From positions 508 through 64,507 of the forward strand of contig CANJJS010000013.1 of NCBI GenBank assembly GCA_947474705.1: DNA of 64,000 nucleotides, written 5' to 3'. Position 1 is the stretch's first letter; each line of letters begins with the position of its first letter. The notes beneath the pieces were generated by a model. It made no database searches, was not told the DNA's origin, and saw only the letters and a list, made by a program, of their open reading frames with translations. The DNA is from Acetobacteraceae bacterium. Its GTDB lineage: Bacteria > Pseudomonadota > Alphaproteobacteria > Acetobacterales > Acetobacteraceae. The position numbers and the translations under genes were made by a program. This document shows, in pieces, positions 18,596-27,250 of this stretch.

Positions 18596-19939
18596 ATGAA
18601 ATCTTCGCGATCCGTAACGCGCCGGCGCACATTGAAACTCGCCGCGGCCGCCACGGCCCTACCGCTGGTTCACATTCGCGGGGCCGGTGCCGCGGGCAAG
18701 TTGCAGATCGGCGTCTGGGATCACTGGGTGCCCGGCGCGAACGACGTGATGCAAAAGCAGGTCAACGCCTGGGCGGAAAAAAACAAGGTCGATGTCGCCG
18801 TCGATTTCATCACCTCCAGCGGCAACAAAATCCTCATCACCGCCGCCGCGGAACATCAGGCCCGCAGCGGTCACGATTTCATCCAGATGTACAACTGGGA
18901 CGTCGGCAACTTCGCGGACCGGCTGGAACCGGTCGACGACGTGATCAAGGACCTCGCGTCGAAATATGGCGCCTATAGCAATATCAGCGAATATCTCGGC
19001 AAAATCGACGGTAAATGGGCGGCGGTGCCAAGCAGCACGGGAACGCTGAACCTGACCACCGCCGGCCGCGTCAGCCTTCTGAAAAAATACGCCGGCATCG
19101 ATGTGCGGGAAATGTTTCCGGCCGGAAAAACCGATCCAAAGACATCGGAAAAATGGAATTACGACACATTCCTCATGGCGGCCGAGGCATGCCATAAAGC
19201 GGGATTCGCGTTCGGCCTCGGACTCGGAACCACCGGAGACTCGACCAATAACGTCGGAATTATCTACTCCGCGTTCGGCGCCGAACTGGTCAACGCCAAA
19301 GGCGAAATCACCGTCGACTCGCCCAACGTCCGCGCCATGCTGGAATACTGTCAGAAACTGGTGAAATTCCTCCCGGCCGACACCGTCAGCTATGACGACG
19401 CCTCCAACAACCGCGCCCTGATCTCCGGCAAAAGCGCCCTGATCATGAACCCGCCCTCCGCCTGGGCCGTCGCCAAACGCGACGCGCCAGAGGTCGCCGC
19501 GGATACCTGGCACTTCCCATGCCCCATCGGACCGAAAGGCCGCTTCATCCCCTATAACTATTCCTACTACGGCACCTGGGCTTTTGGAAAAAATAAGACC
19601 GCGGCGAAAGACCTCAGTCACCATCTGCAATTGCGCGAACAGGTCGAACAACGCTGCGTCGCGTCGGAAGGCTACGACATTCCGCCGCTGACCAGCATGT
19701 CCGATTTCAAGATCTGGGAAGACGTCGGAGAACCCAAGGGAACCGTCTACAACTATCCCATCCGCCCCTGGCATAACGCACAGCCGAATATCACAGCTTA
19801 TCCGGCGCCACGGGATATCGCCGTGCAAATGTACAACCGTGGAACACACCCCACCTTGCTCGCGAAACTGCACAGCGGCCAAAGTATCGATCAGGCGATC
19901 TCCTGGGCGAAAAACGAACTGGAAGGCTTCGTTCGCTAA
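18596..19939 (+). CDS. ABC transporter substrate-binding protein (carbohydrate-type, family 1) with Tat-like signal
   Basis: Internal ATG (MKSSRSVTRRRTLKLAAAATALPL) with AAGGGAG upstream. The track ORF 17873..19939 is an artefactual extension. Confidence 0.8.
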   Translation: MKSSRSVTRRRTLKLAAAATALPLVHIRGAGAAGKLQIGVWDHWVPGANDVMQKQVNAWAEKNKVDVAVDFITSSGNKILITAAAEHQARSGHDFIQMYNWDVGNFADRLEPVDDVIKDLASKYGAYSNISEYLGKIDGKWAAVPSSTGTLNLTTAGRVSLLKKYAGIDVREMFPAGKTDPKTSEKWNYDTFLMAAEACHKAGFAFGLGLGTTGDSTNNVGIIYSAFGAELVNAKGEITVDSPNVRAMLEYCQKLVKFLPADTVSYDDASNNRALISGKSALIMNPPSAWAVAKRDAPEVAADTWHFPCPIGPKGRFIPYNYSYYGTWAFGKNKTAAKDLSHHLQLREQVEQRCVASEGYDIPPLTSMSDFKIWEDVGEPKGTVYNYPIRPWHNAQPNITAYPAPRDIAVQMYNRGTHPTLLAKLHSGQSIDQAISWAKNELEGFVR

Positions 19940-19956
19940 ACCCCGCCGCCAAAAAC

Positions 19957-19978
19957 GGTCGCGATGTCAATCGCGGCC
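19957..19978 (-). terminator. Intrinsic-terminator-like hairpin (possibly bidirectional)
   Basis: 9-bp stem GGTCGCGAT/ATCGCGGCC (one G-U pair) with loop GTCA. On the minus strand it is followed by GTTTTTGG. It lies 18 nt after the + strand SBP stop and downstream of the minus-strand Moco cluster. Confidence 0.45.
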
Positions 19979-20107
19979 GCACGGCATCCCGGGCCGTCCG
20001 CTTGAACGGAATGCGGACCTCTCAACCGTCATGGCCCGGCCCCCGCCTACGCGCCATGGTGGCCGTACAATAGCGGAATGAGAATTCGAAGTCTGGCACG
20101 CCCCGTC

Positions 20108-20150
20108 CTCGTCATGGCCCGACTCGATCGGGCCACCGGGAGCGGTACGG
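20108..20150. repeat. REP-like element, family 2 (CTCGTCATGGCCCG-N7-CGGGCCACCGGG..GCGG.ACGG)
   Basis: CTCGTCATGGCCCGACTCGATCGGGCCACCGGGAGCGGTACGG. It is near-identical in architecture to copies at 52180-52257. A truncated copy (CGTCATGGCCCGGC) sits at 20027-20040. Confidence 0.6.
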
Positions 20151-20220
20151 AATCGCGCGGCAAAGGACGCTTCGTCACCGACCGCGCCTGAAATCGACGC
20201 CCGGCGGCCCGGACCGCCAC

Positions 20221-20583
20221 CTACCGAAGCTGAATCTTCACCGGCGAGTCAGCGGGCGCCAGACGCACCACCAAATCGACGCTGTCGGTCTTCTTGCACG
20301 ACGGATCGCCGCCGCAGGACGCCGCCTGCACCTTGCCGGGCCGCGTCGCGTAACTCACCATCTTGCCAATCAACCGGCTCGCGTCCTTCGCCCCACCCGG
20401 ACACAGGTCGAAATCGCCCTCCAAAGAGCGTTTGGCATTGCCCGCCTGCACGACCACGTAACAACCGCGATCGCCGCCCTGCAAATCGAGCAACTTCACC
20501 GGCGCCGGATCGGCGGCGAACGCCGGCGGCGCGGCCAAAACCGGCGCGAACATGGCGGCCCATGCGAACAGAGTCCACGGCAT
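20221..20583 (-). CDS. Small secreted protein with four Cys (hypothetical)
   Basis: Signal peptide MPWTLFAWAAMFAPVLAAPPAFAADP. Four cysteines (GCYVV, DLCPGG, ASCGGDPSCKK). It starts 3 nt after the upstream gene's stop. Confidence 0.6.
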   Translation of the reverse strand: MPWTLFAWAAMFAPVLAAPPAFAADPAPVKLLDLQGGDRGCYVVVQAGNAKRSLEGDFDLCPGGAKDASRLIGKMVSYATRPGKVQAASCGGDPSCKKTDSVDLVVRLAPADSPVKIQLR

Positions 20584-20586
20584 CGC

Positions 20587-22245
20587 TTATTTCATCCCCT
20601 CCGGCCGCATCTTCGGCGGCAAAGTCGTCAAACTCTCCGTCGTGTCGAAATCCCGCAGCACCGCGTCGTCCGCCATCTCCACCTCGGCCACCGCCTCCGC
20701 GTGCTTGCCAACCAGGAACCGCGCGCCCGAATCGCCGGCAATCGCGAGGATCTCCCCGAAATAACTCCGATCCCAGATCATCGGATTGCCCTGCTTGCCC
20801 CGGAACGTCGGCAACACGATCTTCCGGCCCTCGTCGGGATCGTAAAACGACAGGAGACGGTCGATCATCCGCCCCGTGACCAGCGGCATGTCGCCGAGAC
20901 AAACAATCGCCCCGGCGCACTCCGGCGGCACCGAAGCAATCCCCGCCTTCAGACTCTCCGCCAGCCCCTGGGCGTAATCGGCCGCGTGAATGTAACGCAC
21001 GGGCCGGCCGCCCAACGCATGCTCGATCTGTTCGTGCTGGTGGCCGGTGACGACCAGCACGGGCCGGGCGTTCGACGACAAAACATTGTCCACGACACGC
21101 GCGATCATCGGCTTGCCGGCTTTGTCCGCCACCAGCAACTTGTTGTGCGGCGCCATCCGGCGCGACCGCCCGGCGGCCATGACAATGGCGGCGATCGTCG
21201 GCGCGCTTTTCGGCGCCGCGCCGACACGTGGCGTCGCGGGGGCTTTTTCCCTGGGGAGCGGCCGGTTGTCGAATTCCTTCAAGAGTCCTCCAACGCCCAT
21301 GCGCATGATGTCTTTGGAAGTCACCGGCACACCGGCGAACAGCCGCGTCAGGATCCAGTCGATCCCGTTCAGCTTCGGACTGCGCGCGCAACCCGGCAGC
21401 ACCAGCGCCGGCTTGTCCTTGATCCGCCCCACACAAATCAAATTCCCGGGATCGACCGGCATCCCGAAATGCACGATTTCCCCGCCGGCACGGACGATCC
21501 CCGCCGGCCCGACATCGCGCCGGTCCAGCACCGCGGAGGCGCCGATCACCAGCAGCATATCCGCGCCCGCCGCGATCAGACCTTCCAGCGCCCGCGCCAC
21601 CGACTCCTCGTCGTGCGGACACCGGACCGGCGCCAGCAGCGACCCGGTGAGCTGGTTGATCCGCTGCTCCGTGACCGCGATCGTCTTGTCCGTGGTGCTG
21701 TCTTTCAGACCCGGCAACTCCGTCGCCACCAGACCGACCTTCAAATGCTTGAACGGATGCAGGGTCAGCGGCGCGCCATTCTGCCGCGCCAGCGTCTCCG
21801 CGACCGTCAGCACCGTCCCCGGCACCGAAAACGGAATGATCTTAATCGTCGCGACCAGGTCCTTCGGCGCCACCACCGCGTAATCCGGCAAGGTGCCGAG
21901 CGTCAGCGCCTCGTCGATCGAATTCAACTGGTCGATCTTGCCGGTCTGCACCCGCAACAGGCCCGGAACCTCGGCCGACAAATTCACCCGTCCCGTCGCG
22001 GCCCGCGACCGCGCGATCAACGGCGAGACGAGCGGTGTCGCCAACCGGTCCGCGGCGATGTCCTCGGGGACGTCGCCGGGTTCCAGCATCGCGCAGATGA
22101 CCTCGGTCCGCCCCGCCGTGCGCAAGGCCGAGATCGCGGCGTCGTCCAGCCGCGCGCCCTTGCGGATCATGGTGTCGCCCACGCGCTGGCTGTGCGCCAT
22201 GATACCGCCGCGCGCGTCGTCCAGCGGCATGGGCCCGAATTTCAT
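20587..22245 (-). CDS. Molybdopterin-binding (MoCF-biosynthesis) domain fused to a MobA/MocA-like NTP transferase
   Basis: The N-terminal ~330 aa carry a molybdopterin-binding-domain pattern (LLVIGASAVLDRRDV...HFGMPVDPGNL). The C-terminal part has AAIVMAAGRSRRM...LGDMPLV, typical of Moco nucleotidyltransferases. ATGA overlap with XdhC. Confidence 0.8.
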   Translation of the reverse strand: MKFGPMPLDDARGGIMAHSQRVGDTMIRKGARLDDAAISALRTAGRTEVICAMLEPGDVPEDIAADRLATPLVSPLIARSRAATGRVNLSAEVPGLLRVQTGKIDQLNSIDEALTLGTLPDYAVVAPKDLVATIKIIPFSVPGTVLTVAETLARQNGAPLTLHPFKHLKVGLVATELPGLKDSTTDKTIAVTEQRINQLTGSLLAPVRCPHDEESVARALEGLIAAGADMLLVIGASAVLDRRDVGPAGIVRAGGEIVHFGMPVDPGNLICVGRIKDKPALVLPGCARSPKLNGIDWILTRLFAGVPVTSKDIMRMGVGGLLKEFDNRPLPREKAPATPRVGAAPKSAPTIAAIVMAAGRSRRMAPHNKLLVADKAGKPMIARVVDNVLSSNARPVLVVTGHQHEQIEHALGGRPVRYIHAADYAQGLAESLKAGIASVPPECAGAIVCLGDMPLVTGRMIDRLLSFYDPDEGRKIVLPTFRGKQGNPMIWDRSYFGEILAIAGDSGARFLVGKHAEAVAEVEMADDAVLRDFDTTESLTTLPPKMRPEGMK

Positions 22246-22955
22246 GGCGTTGGCGACTTCGGTCCGGACTTCGGCGGCAACGGCGCGCCACGGCGCACCG
22301 CGATGATCTCGGCGATGATGGAGGCGCCGATCTCGGGGGCCGTCACCGCCTCGATGTTCAATCCCACCGGACCGCGAATACGCGCCATCGAGTCTTCCGA
22401 GTGACCCAGCTCGGCGAGACGCTTCAATCGCGCGGCATGCGTCCGGCGCGACCCCAGTGCCCCGATGTAAAACGCGTCCGATTTCAAGGCGCGGTCCAGC
22501 GCCGGGTCGTCCAGCTTCGGATCGTGGGTCAGTGTCACGACGGCGGTGCGGCTGTCCGGTTTGAACGCGTCCATCGCCTCGTCCGGCCAGTCGGTGGAAA
22601 TCTCGACATCAGGAAACCGCTCGTCCGAGGCAAAGGACCGCCTCGGATCGACCACCGTCGTCGCATACCCGCACGCCGTCGAAAACCGCACCAGCGCCTG
22701 CGCGATATGCACGGCGCCCACGATCACCAGCCGCAAAGGCGGATTATAGGCGTGCATGAACCAGTCCACGCCGTCGATCTTGTGCGTGCCGCTGACGTCG
22801 GATTGCAAGACTTTCCGGGCGATCTCGTTGACCGCCTCGGGCGCCGCCGGATCGGGCAACAGGCGCTGTTCGCCGCCCGGAAGTTGGGTCGCCAGCACGA
22901 TCGGTTGCTTGGCCGCGCGGGCCTTTTCCAGCGCGGCGAGAATGTCCGGTGTCAC
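22242..22955 (-). CDS. XdhC/CoxI family maturation factor, Rossmann-like C-terminal part
   Basis: GTG start overlaps the upstream stop (GTGA at 22952-22955). PPLRLVIVGAVHIAQALV...VVTLTHDPKLDDPAL...YIGALGSRRTH. Confidence 0.8.
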   Translation of the reverse strand: MTPDILAALEKARAAKQPIVLATQLPGGEQRLLPDPAAPEAVNEIARKVLQSDVSGTHKIDGVDWFMHAYNPPLRLVIVGAVHIAQALVRFSTACGYATTVVDPRRSFASDERFPDVEISTDWPDEAMDAFKPDSRTAVVTLTHDPKLDDPALDRALKSDAFYIGALGSRRTHAARLKRLAELGHSEDSMARIRGPVGLNIEAVTAPEIGASIIAEIIAVRRGAPLPPKSGPKSPTP

Positions 22956-23275
22956 GACAGCTTCTCCACGAATACTTTCACCTTGCCGCCGCAGGCGAGC
23001 CCGACCTCCCAGGCCTGCTCGTGCGTGACCCCGAAGTCCAGGAGCTGCGGGACACCCGATTCCAGCGTCCTCAAAGCGGCATCGGCGACCGCGCCCTCGA
23101 TACAGCCGCCGGAAACCGAACCCGCCATGCGGCCGGATTTCGTGATCGCCATCTGGCTGCCGGCCGGGCGAGGGGAGCTCCCCCAGGTTTCCGTGACCGT
23201 CGCGATGGCCACGAGTTCTCCGGCGGCGCGCCAACCGGCGGCGGTGCTCAGGATGTCGTCGACATGGTCGCTCAT
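22952..23275 (-). CDS. XdhC family protein, N-terminal (XdhC_CoxI) part
   Basis: 107 aa: AIATVTETWGSSPRPAGSQMAI...GSVSGGCIEGAV...ACGGKVKVFVE. Confidence 0.8.
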   Translation of the reverse strand: MSDHVDDILSTAAGWRAAGELVAIATVTETWGSSPRPAGSQMAITKSGRMAGSVSGGCIEGAVADAALRTLESGVPQLLDFGVTHEQAWEVGLACGGKVKVFVEKLS

Positions 23276-23369
23276 GGTGCGAAGTCCTTTCTGGGTCCGG
23301 TCCGGCGGAGACGCGCCGGTTTGAACATGTCACTGTGCTGTTTCGCGCCGTCCGGTCAAGCGGGCGCGA

Positions 23370-24566
23370 TCATTCGGCAGCCCTTCGCGTTTCCGGCGTC
23401 CAGCTCAACGGTTTCGGCGCCGGTTTGGACAGCGATTCGATCAACGCCCGCAGACTCGCGAGATTGTGGACCGGCCGGAATTCGTCGACATGCGGCAGCA
23501 TCGCGCGGATACCCTGCGATTTTGGTTCGAAACCGGCCCAGCGCAGCAGCGGATTCAGCCAGATCAGGCGGCGCGACGACCGGTGCAACCGGTCCATGTT
23601 GTCCGCCAGTCCCGCCGCCCCGTCGCGGTCCAGCCCGTCGGTGATCAACAACACGATGGCGCCCTGGCCCAACACCCGGCGCGCCCAGAGCTTGTTGAAT
23701 TTCTCCAGCGCCTCGCCAATCCGCGTGCCGCCGGACCAGTCCGGGACAGCATGGGACACCATCTGGAAAGCGACCTCCGGGTCGCGCGCCCGAAGTTGCC
23801 GCGTGACGTTGGTCAGGCGCGTCCCAAACAGGAAGACGTGGACCCGATCCCGGTCGTTGGTCACGGCATGCAGGAAATGCAGCAGAATTTGCGCGTACCG
23901 GCCCATCGACCCCGAGATATCGCATAGCACCACCAAAGGCGGCGGCCGCGTCTGACGCCGGTCGCGCGCGATGGACAAAATCTCCCCGCCCTGGCGCAGG
24001 CTGGAGCGGATGGTGCGACGCAGATTCATCGCCGGCCCGCCCGGATCGGGCCGCATCGTCCGGGTCTTGCGCAGATCGAGCGGCAGATGAAGGCGGCGGA
24101 TTTCTTTTTTCGCGTCCTCGATTTCGCTGGCGCTCATGGCCTCGAAATCCATGGACTGCAGGCGCTCCTGGTCTGAGACCGTCAGAATGGCGTCCTGAAC
24201 CGGCGGCTCTTCCTCGGGTTTCGGTTTTGGCGCGTTGGGATTCGTGAACGCCTCGGCGACGCGGCGAGACGCGGGCGGCGGCCGTTCCGGCTTCTTGTGC
24301 TTCTGCGCGTCCAACAGCGCCATCGCGGCGGCCTGCTCGGCGGCGGTAGGGTCGCGCCAGAACAGCGCGAAGGCCTGGTCGAAGACATCCTGGTGCTCGC
24401 GCCGGTGGATCATGACGGCGCGGAGGGCGGTTTTGGCTTCGATTTTGGACCCGAGATCGATCCGCGTGAGGGCATTCTGCGCGGCGATGGTTTCCGCCGG
24501 GCCGACGGGAAGCCCGGCGCGGCGGAGCAATCTCGCGAAGTGCATGACATTGGCGGAGATGGTCAT
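23370..24566 (-). CDS. VWA domain-containing CoxE-like protein
   Basis: 398 aa. CoxE-type N-terminus MHFARLLRRAGLPVGPAE. VWA MIDAS-like VVLCDISGSM. Confidence 0.8.
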   Translation of the reverse strand: MTISANVMHFARLLRRAGLPVGPAETIAAQNALTRIDLGSKIEAKTALRAVMIHRREHQDVFDQAFALFWRDPTAAEQAAAMALLDAQKHKKPERPPPASRRVAEAFTNPNAPKPKPEEEPPVQDAILTVSDQERLQSMDFEAMSASEIEDAKKEIRRLHLPLDLRKTRTMRPDPGGPAMNLRRTIRSSLRQGGEILSIARDRRQTRPPPLVVLCDISGSMGRYAQILLHFLHAVTNDRDRVHVFLFGTRLTNVTRQLRARDPEVAFQMVSHAVPDWSGGTRIGEALEKFNKLWARRVLGQGAIVLLITDGLDRDGAAGLADNMDRLHRSSRRLIWLNPLLRWAGFEPKSQGIRAMLPHVDEFRPVHNLASLRALIESLSKPAPKPLSWTPETRRAAE

Positions 24567-24750
24567 GGGATCAGGCGTGGCGCCGGTTTGGCCGCGCCGC
24601 CGGACGGGAGGGCCGGTATCGCGGCGGAGGCGTGGCGGTCCGGTTCGCGCGCATGACGGGGCTCAATCGATCGGGGAATGCCGCGATCATAGTGCGCGGG
24701 GCAGGGCCGCACAATGACGGAGCCGCGCCGGGACAGGACCGGCGGGTGGA

Positions 24751-24795
24751 GAAAGAAAATCCCTGAGCGCTGCCCCGCCCCCACGGGGGCAGCGC
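24751..24795 (-). terminator. Rho-independent terminator of the LamG/esterase gene
   Basis: On the minus strand, 24 nt after the stop: GCGCTGCCCC-(9-nt loop)-GGGGCAGCGC followed by TCAGGGATTTTCTTTC. Confidence 0.6.
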
Positions 24796-24819
24796 CAAGG
24801 CGTTCAATCCTTCATTCGG

Positions 24820-26910
24820 TCACGGCGTCGCCGCGATCGCCATCCCCGAGGCCACCGTCATGGGCAAATGCAGCGGCATGTCGATCCGCCATTCCGCGCC
24901 GAGATCGGCGCCGATGTCCCAGCCCGATGGCAACGCGACCGAGGCGAAATTGTCGGTCACCGCGTTGCCGCGTCCGATTGTCCCGGTCCCCCAGGGATAG
25001 AACAGCCGGCAGGCGCTGGCCGGGTTGCTCAGGCCCCGCGCCAGCACGATCCGCAGATGGGTCGCGTCGATCCGCTGGCAGGCGATCGCCGCGACAATCG
25101 GTCCGGGCGAGGCCACGGAGCCGCCGTCCATCGCCGCCCAGCCCGCCCCCGCGGCCGCCTGTGTCGGCGGCACGATCAAATCCGTGCCGCCGTCGTGGCG
25201 CACCGTCACGATCAGGCTGCCGGCGCTCTCCAGGTAAACATGCGTCGCGACCGGCCCGCCCGCCGCCGGGATGCCCGCCGGGATCGCCGCGATCGTGTCG
25301 CCGCCGCCCGAGGCCAGGATCGCCCGCGCCGCCACCGGCGCGGCGAGGCGGCCGAACCGCCGGTTATCCGCCGCGTCGCGATGGAACCAGTCGCCGCCGG
25401 TCCAAAGACCGGTCGCCGGATCGTACCCCGTCGTATCCCGAGGCAGCGAGTCGGCGGTCTGCGGCAGCGCGATCGTCGAGTTTTGCGAGGGATCGGCGGC
25501 GAGGGCGGCCACCGCCTCGCGCTGCATCTGGGTGCCCGTGTCGTTGTTGGCGTAGTTGAACGGCAGGGCCGACCACCAGATATGCGGCAGGTTCGCCGCC
25601 GTCCGCGACAGCATGTCCCGTTGCAGCGCCAGGAAGCGGCGCGCGGCGGACGTATAGGTGGCTTTTTCGGTGTAGGCGCGGGTGCTGTCGTCTTCAGACC
25701 AGGGCCAGAAAATAACGGCGATATCGGCGGCGTCCTCGGCCGGGACGCCGGTCTGGACCCATTGCCGGACCGCCTGCCCGTCGGTGCCCAATGTCCAAAC
25801 GGAGGGATCGGACTCGTCGTTGGGGTTGGTCAAAAACGAGCCGGGCAGGCCCAGAGCGGCGACGGGATAGAGACCTTCGCCGTGTATGCAGGTGGCGGAG
25901 GGCGGGCTGCCGTAAAGCCCGGCCACCCCATATCCCAGGGCTCCGAGATGCCAGGCGATCCCTTGCGCGAGCAGATGCCAGGCCCCGTCGTTCAGCCCGT
26001 TCCCGGCGTTCGACTGGCCGGTGACCAAAACCCGCACGCCTTTGCGCGGGCCCCGCTTCCAGCGTGTCTGCCACGTCAGCAGCGCGTTCAGATCGGTCTG
26101 GGGGAGGGCGGCCGTCCAGACCGCCGCCTCATGGAACCAGCATTCCGCGCCGCCGTTCGGACCGCCGTCGTGCAAAAACAGAAGCGGCGCGCTCGCCAAC
26201 GCCCCCATCGGGTTCGCCGCCCCGGCGGCGCATTGGGTTGCGTCGAGCCATACATCCACGCCCATGCCCGGCGTATTGCGGATGACGATTGCATGGGTAT
26301 GCCGCCGGGTCAGGGAGGTGGTCAGCACTGTCTGGTTCGCGCCGGGAAACAGCACCAACCGGTTCCCGCCGCCGCGATTATCCGCGGCCAGCACGATCGT
26401 CGTCCCGATCGCCGCCAGCGCGGAGGGGGTGTTGGCGGTCTGCCGCCAGTTCGGCCGCGACCAGACCAGATAGAGAGTCCAGGCGGAGGTGGGACTCAGC
26501 GGCAAAGCAGGGCTCGTCAGGCCCTGATCCGGATCCATCCACGGTAGGTTTTTTCCCGCCGGGGGAAGTCCCGGCAGGACCGCCATGTTCCGGCCGACAC
26601 CGCCCAGAAAACCGTTCAATCGCGCCGTGGCGACCGGCGGCGCGACACCGGCGGTCGCGGGATGCCAGACCGACAACGCCGCGCCGGCGCCGGACCGGTC
26701 CACGATCCCGGACACCGCCTCGCCAAACCGGGTCAGCGGCGCGCCGGTCCCGCCCAACGATCCGGCGGGCGTGCTTGCGTCCCACCATGCCGCGAGTCCC
26801 GGTATCCCGGCCGGATCGGCGCGCGTGGCGGAGCGCGGCGCCGTCAGCATCGGCCGTCCCGGCGCCGCCAGCATGATTTTGAGGCCATCGCCCACCAGCA
26901 TGGTGCTCAT
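24820..26910 (-). CDS. LamG-like (concanavalin-A-type) domain + SASA/DUF303-type carbohydrate O-acetylesterase-like domain protein
   Basis: Internal ATG (MSTMLVGDG). Esterase signature VRVLVTGQSNAGNG. The N-terminal ~300 aa have a jelly-roll-like pattern (AWTLYLVWSRPNW..., HAIVIRN..., WFHEAAVW). No obvious signal peptide. Domain calls are by eye. Confidence 0.6.
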   Translation of the reverse strand: MSTMLVGDGLKIMLAAPGRPMLTAPRSATRADPAGIPGLAAWWDASTPAGSLGGTGAPLTRFGEAVSGIVDRSGAGAALSVWHPATAGVAPPVATARLNGFLGGVGRNMAVLPGLPPAGKNLPWMDPDQGLTSPALPLSPTSAWTLYLVWSRPNWRQTANTPSALAAIGTTIVLAADNRGGGNRLVLFPGANQTVLTTSLTRRHTHAIVIRNTPGMGVDVWLDATQCAAGAANPMGALASAPLLFLHDGGPNGGAECWFHEAAVWTAALPQTDLNALLTWQTRWKRGPRKGVRVLVTGQSNAGNGLNDGAWHLLAQGIAWHLGALGYGVAGLYGSPPSATCIHGEGLYPVAALGLPGSFLTNPNDESDPSVWTLGTDGQAVRQWVQTGVPAEDAADIAVIFWPWSEDDSTRAYTEKATYTSAARRFLALQRDMLSRTAANLPHIWWSALPFNYANNDTGTQMQREAVAALAADPSQNSTIALPQTADSLPRDTTGYDPATGLWTGGDWFHRDAADNRRFGRLAAPVAARAILASGGGDTIAAIPAGIPAAGGPVATHVYLESAGSLIVTVRHDGGTDLIVPPTQAAAGAGWAAMDGGSVASPGPIVAAIACQRIDATHLRIVLARGLSNPASACRLFYPWGTGTIGRGNAVTDNFASVALPSGWDIGADLGAEWRIDMPLHLPMTVASGMAIAATP

Positions 26911-27179
26911 GCCGCGCGCGCCTCGTCCGCGATGAACCCGGCGCGGATTGTCGAAGCCCGCTCGCGGCGCGGTGGCAAAAAGATGGAAATGTCGCGAGGC
27001 GGATATGGGCCAACAGGCATTCGGCGCGGTTCCTTCGATCCAGGCACGGCGGCCCCTGCCGCCCGCCTTCTGCGGCGGGCTTCTAACTTTTACTAACATA
27101 AAAGGCAAGAAAATATAACATTCGCGGCACGCGAAAAGGCGGCGGGTCGCAACCAGGTCATCGAACGAGGCAATGGAAG

Positions 27180-27200
27180 CGCCGGGGCAGAGCCCCGGCG
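27180..27200. repeat. REP-like hairpin, family 1 (GGGGC-N3-GCCCC core)
   Basis: CGCCGGGGCAGAGCCCCGGCG is a perfect 9-bp stem with a 3-nt loop, 51 nt downstream of the LLM operon stop. Confidence 0.5.
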
Positions 27201-27250
27201 CTCCCATCGCTTCATCCGAATGCCATGGGGCCACCCCGCCGGTTTCGCGA

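Noticed and set aside
22952-22955. XdhC split into two ORFs, considered as a frameshifted pseudogene
   Set aside because: The junction is a clean GTGA start/stop overlap, and both parts keep their domain motifs. This favours a functional two-gene arrangement. It is still listed for checking in the findings.
27061-27091. Hairpin GCCCGCC-TTCTGC-GGCGGGC followed by TTCTAACTTTT, which looks like a + strand intrinsic terminator
   Set aside because: No credible + strand gene lies upstream of it, because the region is antisense to the LamG/esterase gene. In the minus orientation it lacks a U-tract. It may be a REP-type structure or part of the promoter region, so it is not annotated as a terminator.
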